Positions 25,193-38,060 of a stretch of 64,000 nt of DNA are shown here, piece by piece (position 1 is the first letter of the stretch; the number at the start of each line of letters is the position of its first letter). The DNA is from Glaucostegus cemiculus. Lineage: Eukaryota. The stretch spans positions 8,122,001 through 8,186,000 of the forward strand of contig CDPCPM010000115.1 in the NCBI GenBank assembly GCA_976551045.1, read 5' to 3'. The notes beneath the pieces are model-generated. The model was not told where the DNA came from. It did no database searches and worked only from the letters and a program-made list of their open reading frames with translations. The position numbers and the translations under genes are program-made.

Positions 25193-28100
25193 AGAACATA
25201 AGAAATAGGAGCAGGAGTAGGCCATCTGGCCTGTCGAGCCTGCTTCGCCATTCAACAAGATCATGGCTGATCTGGCCATGGACTCAGATCCACTTACCTG
25301 CCTTTTCCCCCATAGTCCTTAATTCCCCTAATAATGAAAAAGCTATCTAACTGTGTCTTATGTTCGATGAGGTAGCCTCTACTGCTTCCCTGGGCAAAGA
25401 ATTCCACATTGCAATCTTTCACCATTTAAATAATAATCTGATCTTCTATTTTTCCTTCTAAAGTGGATGACCTCATATTCACCAACATTGTACTCCATCT
25501 GCCAGACCCTCGCCCACTCACTTAATCTGTCTATGTCTCTGCAGATTCTCCGCATCCTCTACATGATTTGCTTTTCCAGTCAATTTAATGTCATCAGCAA
25601 ACTTGGATATGCTACACTCTGTCCCCTCTTCCTAATCATTAATGAGTATCGTGAACAGTTGCAGGCCCAGCACCAGCCCCTGTGGCACCCCGCTCACCAC
25701 TGATTGCCAACCAGAGAAACATGATTTATCCCAACTCTCTGCCTTCTATTGGTTAACTAATCATCTATCCATGTTAATAACTTATCCATAAAGTAAGGGT
25801 GTATGGAGTTGGGGTTAAATCTTTTATGCAGCACCTTATCAAACACCTTCTGGAAATTCAAGTATACAACATCCACCTGTTTCCCTCTGTCCACTGCACT
25901 CATTATATCCTCAAAAAACCCAGTAAGTTTATCAAACAGGGCCTGCCTTTCTTGAATCCATGTTGTGTCTGGAATGATGGAACCACTTCTATCCAAATGT
26001 CTCACTATTTATTCCTTAATGATAGCTTCAAGCATTTTCCTAACTACAGATGTTAAGCTAACTGGCCTGTAGTGTGCCTTTTGTAAACAGTGGTGTGACA
26101 TTTGCTGTCTTCCAATACACCAGGACCTGCCCAGAGTCCAGAGAATTTTGATAAATTATCACAAACGCCTCTACTATTCTTTCAGTACCCTAGGATGCAT
26201 CCCATGAGGACCAGGGAATTTGTCTACCTTTAGGGCCACTAGTTTGCTCACCACTACCTCTTCAGTGACAGTGATTGTACTAAGGTAGTGACCTCTCATC
26301 ACATCCATAACATCCTTTTGGCAATGTTAGACGTGTCCTCCACCGTGAAGACCAACACAAAATATCATTCAAGGCTTCAGCCATTCCCACATAACCGAAT
26401 ATTAATTCCCCCTCCTTATCTTCCAAGGGACCCAAGTTCACTTTAGCCACCCTTTTCCACTTTATATAATTATAAAAACTTTTACTATCTGTTTTTATAT
26501 TTTCTGCTAGTTTACCTTCATAATCTATCTTCCCTTTCCTTGTTGCTTGCTTAGTGGTTGTTTGTTGCTTTTTAAAGTTTTCCCAGTTTTCCAGTTTCCC
26601 ATTCCTCTTGGTGACTTTGTATGCATGAGCTTTTAGCTTGATGCCTTCTTTTATTTCCTTAGTTATCCAAGGCTGGCTCTCCCCACCCTTACTGTCCTTG
26701 TTTTTAACTGGAATATACTTTTGTTGAGAACGGTGAAAAATCTCTTTGAAAGTCTTCCACTGTTCCTCAACAGTCCCACCATATAGCCTGTGTTCCCAGT
26801 CTACGCCAGCCAACTCCTCCCTCATCCCATTGTAGTCTCCCTTGTTTAGGCAAAATACATTGGTTTTAAATCAAGCTAATGCACCCTCTATTTGTATGAG
26901 AAATTCAATCATATTATGATCATTCATTCCAAGAGGATCCCTAACTACAAGTTTGTTAATTTTACCTGTCTCATTGTACAGGACCAGATCTAAGATAGCA
27001 TTTTCCCTTGCAGGTTCACTAACATGCTGTTCAAGGAAGCTGTTACAGATGCATTCTTTGAAGCTTTCCTCAAGACTACCTCAACCAACTTGATTTGCCC
27101 GATCTATGTGGAGTAAAAGTCCCCCATGACAACTGCCGTTCCATTCTTACATACATCAGATATTTCTTGGTTTATTGCCTGTGCCACTGTAATGTTATTA
27201 TTCAGTGGCCAATAGACAATTCCCATTTAATACCTTCCCTTCACTACTCTTAATCTCTACCCAGATGGACTCAACTTTCTGCTCCCTAGATCTTGTATCA
27301 TCTCTCACTATCGCCCTGATCTCATTCTTAATTAAGAGCACTACTCCACCTCCCTTACCTTCCTGCCTATCCTTCCATATTACCTGATACCCTTGGATAT
27401 TTAATTCCCATGCATCTCCACCCTGCAACCACGTTTCTGTAATGGCCACTAAATCGTACCCCTTTTGTTTCAAATACTACAGGCATTCAGATAAAGAGCC
27501 CTTACACTCATTGTCCTTTTAGAATCCAGTAGCCTTTGTGTCCTTAGCACTTGACTTTTCTGGACTTCGCTTTTACTCTTCTCTTTTCCAACTTTTGCTA
27601 TGGTCTCTCCTTTGCTTCCCTCTGTCCTTCTGCATAGATTCCCATCTCCCTGCCATATTAGTTTAAGCCTTCCCTGTTACGAACCAGCAACAAAAGAAGC
27701 ACAATGAGTCATGATTCAGTGTTAAAAACTACTTTATTAATGGCTACTTATGATAATAAGTAAAATAAAAGTAAAAATGTTAGAATGTTAGAAGTAAAAA
27801 TGTTAAATCTTAAACATTAACCTCAAAAACGAAACTTGTAGTGTGTGTGTGACAAACTCCCAAACTCCAAATCCAGGAATAATTTTCAAAGTTTAGTTCA
27901 GCAAGCCGTAAAGTGAAACGTGAGCAAAGGCTTCTTCAGCAACCACCACTGACTGAAGACAAACTGTAGATGTAGAGAGAACAGAGGGTAATTGTGAAAT
28001 CCAAATGTTTCACTCTGAAACCCAAACGACACCTCAATGTCTACTCAGCAGTGAATACTCCACTGCATCTTCCTCACCCCGAAACTCAAATCGTGGCCGT

Positions 28101-28558
28101 CCACACAAATACCTGTCTCCTTCTGCAGGTCAACAACAAAGTATCTATTTCTGCCACCCCGAAAAGCATCCGAGATGTAGCCGTCCACACGAATACCTGT
28201 TTTCCTCTACAGAGGATTCCAACTGACTGCTTCAAAATCACCATTATGTCCTTTATCTTCTGTTGTCATAACCATGCCACACACACCACTATGCTCTATC
28301 TTAAAGGACATTCACCAATAGTAACCCAGTTCGTAACACTCCCCAACAGCAGTAGGAAACAATCCCCCTAGGACATTGATCCCAGTCCTGCCCAATGTAG
28401 ACCATTTGGTTTGTGTGGTCCCACCTCCCCTGAACCAGTTTCAATGCCCAAGAAATCTAAAACCCTCCCTCCTGCACCACTGCTCAAGCCACATATTCAT
28501 CCTAACTACACTGTTATTCCTACTCTGACTAGCACATGGCACAGGTAGTAATCCTGAG
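25193..28558 (-). mobile_element. Long CR1 LINE with internal deletions: ORF1 esterase end, APE endonuclease, RT and 3' end; interrupted by an LTR
   Basis: ORF 27198-27473 YDLVAITETWL..DRQEGKGGGVVLLIK (APE), 26280-26825 linker, 25757-26005 VDVVYLNFQKVFDKV (RT), tail at 25193. 28344-28558 translates to SGLLPVPCASQSRN..WLEQWCRREGFRF (ORF1). Confidence 0.93.
27675..28338. mobile_element. Solo LTR (664 bp) nested in CR1
   Basis: 10-bp terminal inverted repeat TGTTACGAAC...GTTCGTAACA; 5-bp TSD TTCCC/CTCCC. Removing it restores GTTTAAGCCCTCCCCAACAGC, comparable to 59322-59345. Confidence 0.88.
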
Positions 28559-30154
28559 AGATGAAATGAGGAATTTAAATTGTGATTTCTTCATGCTATA
28601 AATCATTCAATTTATTGGATAGATGCATTGCATAACTAAATACAGACTGATGCACTTAAAAAGACTTGAGTCGATTTTCTGGTCCAAAAGATGCAATTTC
28701 TGGAAGTAAGTGATCCCGTTGATGAGTGCCTATGGACATGATCCAGTGACTGAAGCAGCGCTCTCATTCCTCCAACTCCTCGCGCTGCTTCCCCCCCCAA
28801 CCCCCATCCAGCTCTTGTTTTACCCATAGTACAACATGAAGGTGCAGATCTGTCACATTGATCGGTATTTAGCTTGGTGTTGTTTTGCTTCTTCTGGTTT
28901 TGCAATTAGTCACATGCATGCGATTTAGCCCCTGTGACTGGAACGAATTCCTAATGAATTGGATTGTATAATTAACCATGGCTGGTCAAGAGAAATGATT
29001 TTAAACAAAAATTTCAGTCTGACATTCTCTCAAGAGGCCCTCTCCTTGAAGTTGGCAGCTTTTCTCGATAGCTTCAGGCACATAATTTTTGCACTGATGC
29101 CCAACTTGCATGGCCATTAAGGACACTAGAGGAGCTCCATACTTCTCCCTGCTGAGGAGAAGCTGATGTTTCACTGTATTCCATCTTAATTTCCATGAAG
29201 CCAAGTTAACACAGAATGCTCATGGGAGCCTTGGGGATGACCTTGTGGCTAGCTGTGCGATTGCCATTCCTCCCATGCCCATAAATAATTAATTCTGTAA
29301 AGGTAGGCTAAAAAAATTGCTCATGGTGCATTATGCCCCGGAGCGTCTAAATCATTGATGCCCACAACACGTTGTTGAAGAGACTGTTCTCTCAGGTTAT
29401 CCACATCATAGTTAGTTAGCAACTTAGATATTGACAAGGACAATGAGTCAGACAGATAAAGGGACCAGAGCGAAGTTTCTGACTTTGACCTTTGTCCAAC
29501 AGGAATATGATACTTGTTACCTGAATGGATAAGGACAAGTATTGCAAAGAGGCTGGAAAATTTGAACTAAAACTGAATGTTACAGTGGTAGTTGATAATA
29601 TCATTAGTCAGGATAGATACATTGCCTGTTCAGTGGTAGGGTTAAGTTTGATTCCTCTGTGCTGGGGAAACATTTTGGCGATTGTGTTACATACAGTATT
29701 TACTGTAAACAATAATCATTACTCTAAGGATCTCACCCCTTTAAGAATTGTGTCATGTGACTAATTACTAGTGGGCTGTAGCAAAGTTATTAGAAAATTC
29801 CAGAGGCAATGTATGATGACCAATCTACACATATTCTGAGCTCCTTGCGATACCTGTCTGTCAGTACATTCTATGATGAACTTGTTTAGGGCACACACAC
29901 TTCACAGTGCTTGAGGAGTAACAGCCAGAAGCATGGCCCACCTGGGAGACAGCGGCTAAAGCAGACGTAAGAATAAGGTTCTGCCGAAGGAGTTTGACGA
30001 ACCAAGGGCTGAAATAGATTTTGCTGCATATCAGAGGGAATAATCTCTGGAATTCTTGCCAAATTATCCCAAACGGCACACAACCAACCAAATAAGAGAG
30101 CTGAAGGCACAGCTTAATTCAGGGGCTTTGATTCATGGAACACGGGCAGCAATA

Positions 30155-30305
30155 CTAGAAAATAATGGAACGTCGGAAGCCAGTCAGCCAGCATCGGTGG
30201 AGAGAGAAGTTAATGCTTCACATCAATGACCTTTCATCAGAACTTGCTTCTCTGGTTATTATTTCCAGCATTTTTCTGTTTTATTTCATACTTCTGTTAT
30301 CTGCA
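30155..30305. mobile_element. Penelope-type repeat relic (short inverted arrangement)
   Basis: CAGCATCGGTGGAGAGAG..GACCTTTCATCAGAACT followed by TTTCCAGCATTTTTCTGTTTTTATTTCA. Confidence 0.6.
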
Positions 30306-30764
30306 AATATTTTGTTCTAGGAAAGAAAGAACTGTCCCACTTGGCCAAGCTCAGCTTAAAACAGAGTGGGACTAGATTAGCTAGTCTAAGAAATACAAAT
30401 TTAAACTGAAAAATAGAGAGGGAGTTCCTATTATAACAGTTCCTATTATCCTGTTATTATGTAGATATTTATAAATCCAGGGTAAAATAAACAAGGTAAT
30501 GATAAGCAGAGTGCAACAGGAAGAAGCTAAGGGTCGAATGAAAATGATGCATATGTAGTTCTTCCCATCTTTAGAAGATATGTCCCACCTTGTTAACACT
30601 CTGAGCCTTCACTGGGTGACGTCACAGCCCCTGGACTGCTGTCCCTGTTACCTGGGCATTATCAAATGCCACCTTGAGATTCAGTTTCTCATCGTGGAGC
30701 AGGCAGCTTTGAGCACACACAATCTAAGGGAACCTACAACAGCTCCTCCACAGCTGTACCATGC

Positions 30765-30885
30765 TCACAGTTTTCAGCAACCATCTCAAATTTGCAATAA
30801 AACCTGCAGCAGATTCATCTGGATGTTGAGTCCTGCTGTTAAACATGTCCTGTTGAATGTATGCAACAGTGGGGTGCTTGGAAGA
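30765..30885 (-). pseudogene. Decayed Gypsy-type gag fragment
   Basis: KHPTVAYIQQDMFNSRTQHPDESAAGFIANLRWL resembles the retrotransposon-gag motif F..R.Q...ES...F...LR.L. Confidence 0.5.
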
Positions 30886-31209
30886 TGGGGAATTCCTACT
30901 GTTCAACCATATTAACTAACTAACCAAGGTCTGGTCACCTGCTTAGCTGGAACAAGCAAGGTTGTCACCTTAAGATCTACAGGTGAGAGGAAAATGAACT
31001 TTTTCCCTTCAGGAATGTTACTTCCAATAAAAAATGGTTCTCTTCTTTCTATATGTTCATGCCAGGACTCAGCGGCACCATTGAAGAAGTCTACAGCATT
31101 AATTAAAGACTTCCTGATTCGTAATATAAAAGGCACAGTGGCTTACTTGCCCTGTTACTTGTACTCCACAAAACATTGATTCTGCCTCACTCTCACCGGC
31201 AACTAGAAC

Positions 31210-31242
31210 ATGGCCACAAAACCCCCCAAAATCTCACAAGGG
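31210..31242 (+). CDS. Hypothetical orphan spliced ORF, coding exon 1 (MATKPPKISQG)
   Basis: Strong Kozak context AACATGG; donor GGG|GTAAGC; upstream acceptor TTTTTCCCTTCAG at 31012. No homology recognised. Confidence 0.25.
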
Positions 31243-31628
31243 GTAAGCAAATTTGACTTCTAAGGAGACATTTTGCTTAACCCTCATTGCCAGTTATCAT
31301 GATAGCACCATTCATTATGCAAAGGAATAATACGCACACCAGACAGACCAATATGTTCACACCATGTGAGTGTGCTATTCCAAATGCTGTCAGTGCAATA
31401 GTATCCACAGGGTCCTTGTGCCCTGAGGTTACCACAATAACCTTTGATAAAGAATCTGCTAATTAACCTCTTCTAGCTCTCTACACAACAATCTTTTTCT
31501 CAAATTTTAAAATCTTTTTATATATATAAAAAAGAGCAGGCACCACTTAGTTTGAAAAGAATTCAGTTTATGTGGAGATTTATGCAAATATCTGTGCCTG
31601 GCTCTTCTGCTTGTGTGTTCTTAAACAG

Positions 31629-31776
31629 AGTATGTGCCTGTATGAACTCAAATGGCAAGGGACAGTTTCTGATGATGTGCCTTTATGGTTCTGTGTAGAA
31701 GTATCTTCATCAGGATTAACATACAACATCAGCACAGGACTGGTGAATCCAGATCAAGAATCCAATGAATCTCAAG
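31629..31776 (+). CDS. Hypothetical orphan spliced ORF, coding exon 2
   Basis: Acceptor TTCTTAAACAG, donor AAG|GTATGA, 148 nt open in phase 0 to phase 1. Confidence 0.28.
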
Positions 31777-32944
31777 GTATGAAATAAACATCTTTAGAAA
31801 AGAATTGCTCCTCTAAAGCAGGGCAAAGAGACAGCTGCATATAAATAGCTGAAGGAATCTGACTGGTTGGCCGCCAAACATGTGTTTTATTTTGGTTACA
31901 TAAAGTAGTATCTTGATATCATTAGCAACATCCTAGTGGCAAGTGCTTTAATTGTAGATTTGAAATGCCATGATTTGTGGTTGCTTTCAAATGACTTTTG
32001 AATAGAATGTTCCCATATGACTGTTTTACAGTATCTATATGGAATTTTGTAAAGTTTATCTGTCTATTGCCATCTTTTCTCAATCAATCGTATTGCTCTT
32101 CTCTCCTCCTGGCCTTTTATTGGGTTGTTATGTTAGCATTCACCACAACTGGCTGACATGAGGATTTGGGAATTTATCCGCAGAAGGAATAAATTTGCAG
32201 CACATACTTTGATCCCTCCCGATTTATTGATTTGCTCGCATCCTTTCGCAGGATCACTCACTCCAGGTGCATTTTCGTTTAAGGCCAGGCAGCATGAACT
32301 TAGATGTGGCCAAGGGCCAAGCTATGCCAGGCTGCCAGCCTCTGGGACAGGGAGAAGGACTGGCACCACCTGTTAAAGGTTTGCACTGACCAAGCTCAGG
32401 GCAAATTTGCAGGTGGAGATGTCACTGTTCTTTTTATTTTCAGCAGATAGTCAGAGGAGTATCCTAGAAGTTAGCAGTTCAAACAAGCCAGTGATTAAAT
32501 TTAATGATGTTCTTTTTGGCATTTATTTCTCTTTTTGCTTGCTGTTGAATATGTCTTTGTCAAAAAATAGTTTTTCCCAGTTCCTTGATTCTAGATGGCA
32601 AAATGGGTGAGTCGCCACATTCCAAACCTCCAAAACATCAGGAGAGAATGTAAGATACCCATTCGGTTACCATCCAGTGTTGACTCCTTGTTATGAGGAA
32701 CTACTCTCTCCCTTTTAGCTGAGAATAGGAGCTCAGCAGCAGGAACTTCACTGAGTTGTACAGTGTACGACACTCTAGGACCATAAAGAGTCTTATCACA
32801 CTAACAGTTGCTTTGAACTGGTACATAAGCGAGGCAGGAATAGAGGACAGGGCAACTGGTAATGATCGTCTTATTGAATGCTTCCAGATTCCAAGTTTCT
32901 TTAGAGGCCCCCCCACCCCCACAAAGGCTTTACTAGTGGGGGAA

Positions 32945-33227
32945 CCATCAGACTCAAGGACAGATTCCATCCCACTGTTATAAGACTATTAAATGGTTCC
33001 ATAATTTGATAAGATGGACTCTTGACCTCACAACCTACCTCGTTATGACCTTCCACTTCATTGTCTACTTGCACTGCACTTTCTCTGTAGCTGTGACACT
33101 TTACTCTGAATTCTATTGTTTTACCTTGTACTGCCTCAATGCATTGATCTGTATGAACAGTATGCAAGACAAGTTTTTCACTGTTCCTTGGTACAAGTGA
33201 CAATAATAAACCAATTCCAATTCCAAT
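32945..33227 (+). mobile_element. Rex1/Babar- or L2-like LINE 3' end inserted in a CR1 fragment
   Basis: Ends GTGACAATAATAAA(CCAATT)n. CR1 3' sequence flanks both sides (CTAGTGGGGGAA before, about 33228-33510 after). Family name from recall. Confidence 0.65.
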
Positions 33228-33512
33228 AAGGGGATGTAGCTTTTATCTTTAAGGCCGTTCATTTAAGACCGAGATATTGTAGAGATTTCTTCTTGTAGGA
33301 GGTAGTGAATCTCTGGAATTCTCTGCTCCAGACCGTTGTGGAAGCTGGATCATTATTTAAAGTGCAGGTGGGCACATTTTCGAAAGATCAGAGCTATGGG
33401 GAACTGGCAGAGAGGAGGAGTTGAGGCCTGGGGTAGATCGGCCATCATCATATTGAATGGCAGGGCAGGCTTAAGGGGCTAAATGACCTAATCCTTCTCC
33501 TTATGTTCTAAG
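33228..33512 (+). mobile_element. CR1 3' fragment
   Basis: GTGAATCTCTGGAATTCTCTG..GCTATGGGGAACTGGCA..; homologous to 17470-17632. Confidence 0.8.
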
Positions 33513-33721
33513 TAAGGCCTACAAACATGGCTTGAAGTGTCACAGTATCCCATGATTGCAGAATGAAGACAAATAGATACTTGATAATCCATTGAGCTCA
33601 GGAAGCATTTATGCAGGATTCAAGGAGTAAAATGGATGAGTAGAATCTAAGTCAGGGAGGACTGTGAAACGGTTGCACAAGGTCCATCAAAGACCGGAAA
33701 CTTGTATGTTGTCCTTTTTTC

Positions 33722-34790
33722 ATATTCATTCAGGGGATGTGGGCTTCACGGGATGAGCCAGCATTTAGGTGCACATCCCTAATTGCCCTTGAGAAGATGG
33801 TGGTGGGCCTGAATTGAACTGCTGCAGTCCTTGAGGTATGGGCATACCCAAAATGTGGTTATGGAGGCAGTTCCAGGATTTTGACTCGGAGACAGTGAAG
33901 GAACGGCGATATATTTCCAAGTCAGGATGGTGTGGCTTGAAGAGCAGCTTTCAGTTGGAGGTGTGCCCGTGCTTTTGCTGCCCTTGTCTTTCTGCTGGTA
34001 GAGGTGGTGGGTTTGGCAGGTGAGTTGCTGAAGTGCGTCCTGTAGATGTTACAGTCTGCTGCTGCTGTGCGTTGGTGGTGGAGTGAGGGTGGGGTGCCTG
34101 TCAAACAGGCTGCAATGCCCTGTATGGGGTCGAGCTTCTTGAATGTTGTTGGAGTTGCACTCATCCAGGCAAGTGGAGAGTATTCCATCACACTCCTGAC
34201 TCGAACCTTGTAGATGATGGACAGCCTTTAGGGAGTTATGAGGTGAGTTACTCACCACATGATTCCTAGCCTCTAACCTGCCCTTGTAGCCACATTGTGC
34301 ATATGGCTACTCCAGTTCAGCTTCTGGTCAATGGAACCCCCTCCCACCCCTAGTTATTGAGAGGGGGGTTCAGTGAGAGTAATGCCATTGAATGTCAGGG
34401 GTTAATAGCTGGATTTTCTCTTGTTGGATACCATCATTGCCCATCACTTGTGTGGCAGGAATGTCACTTGCCACCTATTGTCCAGGTCTTGCTGCATTTG
34501 GTTATGGATTCTTTCATTATCTGAGGAGTCACGGATGACGTTAAGCATTGTGTAATCATCAGCAAACATCCCCGCTTCTGACCTTACGACTGAAGGAAGG
34601 TTACTGATGAAGCAGCTGAAGGTGGTTGGGCCCAGGACACTACCCTGAGGAACTCCTGCGGAGATGTCCTGTGGCTGAGATGATTGATCTCCAATCACCG
34701 CAACCATCTTCCTTTGTGCTAAATATGATTCCAACCAGCAGAGAATTTTCCCCCGATTCTCATTGACTCCAATTTAGCCAGGGCTCCTTG
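33722..34790 (-). mobile_element. Non-LTR retrotransposon (CR1/L2 group), RT and 3' end
   Basis: ORF 34444-34734 AGVPQGSVLGPTTFSCFI..MFADD; ORF 33922-34191 MEYSPLAWMSA..KKLDPIQ. Confidence 0.9.
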
Positions 34791-34983
34791 TCTGCAGAAG
34801 TTTGTACGGAGTCCGTGATTATTGAAAGGTTAATATCCTGAATCTTACGTTTTTTAAATTCTTTTGTTACTAATTTCTATGAAATGTTATTTTATGTTTG
34901 TTTCCACACTGTTGGTTTGTAGAGATTTGTTTCACATCAACCATAGGGACACTTCTGTTTCCCAAGTCAGGCAGTCATCACTT

Positions 34984-35150
34984 ATAGAACATAGAAAAAC
35001 ATAGAACATACAACAACTGCAGCACAATTCAGGCCCTTCGGCCCACAGAGCTGTACCGAACACGTCCCTACCCTAGAAATTACTAGGCTTACCCATAGCC
35101 CTCTATTTCACTCAGCTCCATGTACCTATCTAATAGTCTCTTGAAAGACC
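34984..35150 (-). mobile_element. CR1 3' tail fragment
   Basis: (CATAGAA)n tail, then CAGGCCCTTCGGCCCAC. Confidence 0.8.
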
Positions 35151-36044
35151 GTTTTAGGTATAAAACTTGCCAGTGAGTGTCATCTGGTTACACCGCAGCA
35201 GACAATTTCCCAGATCAGCCCACTGCCACCTTCATCCAACAAACATACATTTGCATCTCCAGTAAGAACAGCAAATTAACAAGCCATCACAGTAATTGTT
35301 AATCCAAGGGCACTGAGGTCAACTGTAATGAGAGTTCTGCTGACATTGCTGAGATGGGTGAATTTAACAGGGGTCTAGGATTAAGCCAGGGGTATTTCCA
35401 ATCTGTATGGCACAGCAACTCACTAAACCATTCAGGCATCTCTATGACACTATAAAAGTAAGTAGACATTGAAGCAACGGTTTAAAGGTGGAAGCTTTAT
35501 ATTTGGGGAAGGATGAAGCCCTATTTCCTGTAAATCCATCAACGCATTTCCATGTTTGTTACATTCATATTTAGAGGAAACAATCATCATGATTTTTCAC
35601 TTTTTGTCATACCACCATTGAGTTTGTGGTGTAATATCTTAGTGTTGCAAACAATGCCTTTTATGGAGAGGACAATGGGATTCTGTAGGTTACCCATAGG
35701 CACAATTAGAGATTTATATAGTGGTAGGAATTGTGCAAGTATTTCACAATTATGTGAAGCCTTTCTGCACAGCCTTCCTCCTTTATACAGAATGTGCTGA
35801 GTAAGTAGTCCGGTATTGGCAATAGACAGAAAATCAGTTGTGCAGAACATGCTCTATAGTAATGCCAGCGTGTTGCACTCTGCCACCAAAATTCAGAACA
35901 GACTCTGGAAGTGAAGTAAGACATGCTACTGCTGCCAGATGACATATTCACTGTGGCTACCCAGGGATGAATTTCTAGACAGCAGTCTTGTCCATCATTC
36001 ATACACCTGGTCAATAGACAGGAATATAATGTGATTGTCAGCTT

Positions 36045-36296
36045 TTGTTTTAAACTTTATTTACAATGTGGTAACAGGCCCTTTTCGGCCCAATGAGTCC
36101 ACGCCACCCATTTTAACCCCCAAATTAACCTACCCGTACGTCTTTTAGAATGTGGGAGGAAACTGGAGCACCCGAAGGAAACCCATGCAGACACGGGAGA
36201 ACGTACAAACTCCTTACAGTCAGCGACGGGAATCGAACCCTGATCGCTGGCGCTGTAACAGCGTCGTGCTAACCGCTACACTATCGTGCTGACCCA
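36045..36296 (-). mobile_element. Younger CpG-rich tRNA SINE (second family)
   Basis: Reverse complement of 13562-13820. Confidence 0.88.
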
Positions 36297-36319
36297 GGGT
36301 TCTCTCCAAAATATTTACC

Positions 36320-36672
36320 TGAGTCAATGTGAGGGGAAAACCACCTTCTGCAAAGAGTGATTAAGATTTGGAACGCGTTGCCTGATGACACAGAGGTTAC
36401 ACATTCTGGTCTTCAAAAGAGAACACCCAAAGGGAAAAATAGAGTTGCAAGGTCCAAGAAAAGAGTGTGGCATTGATGTTAACCAAGATGCCCTCAGCTC
36501 TTCAATGGGCCAAATGTTCTCTTTCTGCACCAGGCTTATACTCTGTGCTTTGATTCTGTAAGGCTACGGACCAAATGAGGGCAATTGGACTAGTAGATAA
36601 ATACAATGGTCAACATGGTCATGGTGGGCTGAAGGGCCTGTTTCTGTGCTGTATGACTCAATGACTTTGATG
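36320..36672 (+). mobile_element. CR1 3' fragments
   Basis: TTTGGAACGCGTTGCCTG..; GGTGGGCTGAAGGGCCTGTTTCTGTGCTGTATGACTC. Confidence 0.7.
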
Positions 36673-36738
36673 TTTTCTGATTTAATACTTTTTTATCTTT
36701 ATTTTACCGTCTCATCATTTCTCTTTCTATCTCCACAG

Positions 36739-36800
36739 TAAATCTGTCTGGAGCTCTACAACAATGTGGCATGGAGTTCACAGATGTACTGGAATCTTGA
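36739..36800 (+). CDS. Hypothetical orphan spliced ORF, terminal coding exon (VNLSGALQQCGMEFTDVLES*)
   Basis: About 50-nt polypyrimidine tract ending CTCCACAG; phase 1 matches the 31776 donor; TGA at 36798-36800. Confidence 0.28.
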
Positions 36801-37899
36801 CAGACCAGGGAGCCGTTTTCCCACTTGAACCTTGGAATTAGATGTAAACCTGAATGAGGACATAAATTTGCACAAATCCCCACTCCTATAAAACAGCTAA
36901 GCTTGGTTATTCTACTGGGCTCTAATCCAGTCAGAATTAGCAGTAGAAAAATGCCCTTGAGATTTGAGTTGCAATAATCACTGGAAGAGTTTCACTGATT
37001 AATTTAAAGTCCTTGCCTTATCCTGCCTGCAGGGAACACAACTGCAATTGCAATATGAAGAACACATAACTAATGCCTTGCTTGTAAACTCTCAAACGAT
37101 TTCCATAAAAAAATGAAGAACGACCTTCATGTAGCAAGAAATAAGGAGCTAATTTTGGAAGTTTTCAACCTGTGGGCAATGGGACAGTGACATCTGCATG
37201 CAGGTCATCCATCCTTCAATCTTTGCTTTTCACTTCAAAAATGTCTTCACTTAATGTCCTGACAAAGGCCAGCAGATAACAAGGAAAAAACAATACATCC
37301 GATTTGGGATTGCTGAGCTCTGCATATTTTTCTTCCCATTGTACTGGAAAGGAATGGAAGTAGCATTTTATGTGCCTTTAAATATGCAGCAAGCAACTGT
37401 TTGTCTTTAATATTCTGATGGTACAGTGCAGTGGATTTATAAATTGGATTTTATTGGGTTTTTTATAGACATTTCAATCCAATTGATAAATTAGAAGCAG
37501 AAATGCCTCTCAGCTAAGCTCAATTCTCCTTTCCATTATTTTGTCTGCTGTGTACCTTTCAATTTCCTTTATTTATACTTGATCAACATTAACTTTTCTT
37601 CATGACACCTTTCCTTCAGCCTTTTCTGTTTATTTTGACTGTTTGAGGTTAAAGTGAGACCTTCAGGTGATATTTCAGTGCAGCAAGCGTGACTTGGTCA
37701 AGGGGGACATTGTACAAATTCCAATCCCGACAGCTAAATACAGAGCTGGCATTCACTTCTCCTGAGAGGTGTGTACTGAGGGATTCCAACAATAGATGGG
37801 ATGGGAGGTGTCTGTCAGGGCTGGCAGGTTGGGTAGTTTATGAGGTGGTGTGCTCCTTCCACTGTTTAAGTTGGGCTTCTGTGTGCTCCTAACCTAAGG

Positions 37900-38060
37900 A
37901 CTCAAGGTTCTCAATCCCTATCCCAAAAGCTCCTTCTCCACTTCGAGTGGTCAGGGGCCAGGGATTACCAGGAGTCGATGTTGCATTTCTTCAAGGAGGT
38001 TTTCAGAATACCATTGGATCTTTCCCTCCATCCAGATGGCAGTCTATTCCTGTAAGGAAG
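37900..38060 (-). mobile_element. RTE-clade LINE C-terminal fragment
   Basis: The - strand translates ..GILKTSLKKCNIDSW, similar to the recalled RTE C-terminal KDVLKASLKKCNI..SW. Confidence 0.55.

Noticed and set aside
29001-29204. Possible RTE C-terminal remnant
   Set aside because: The similarity is too weak to support by eye.
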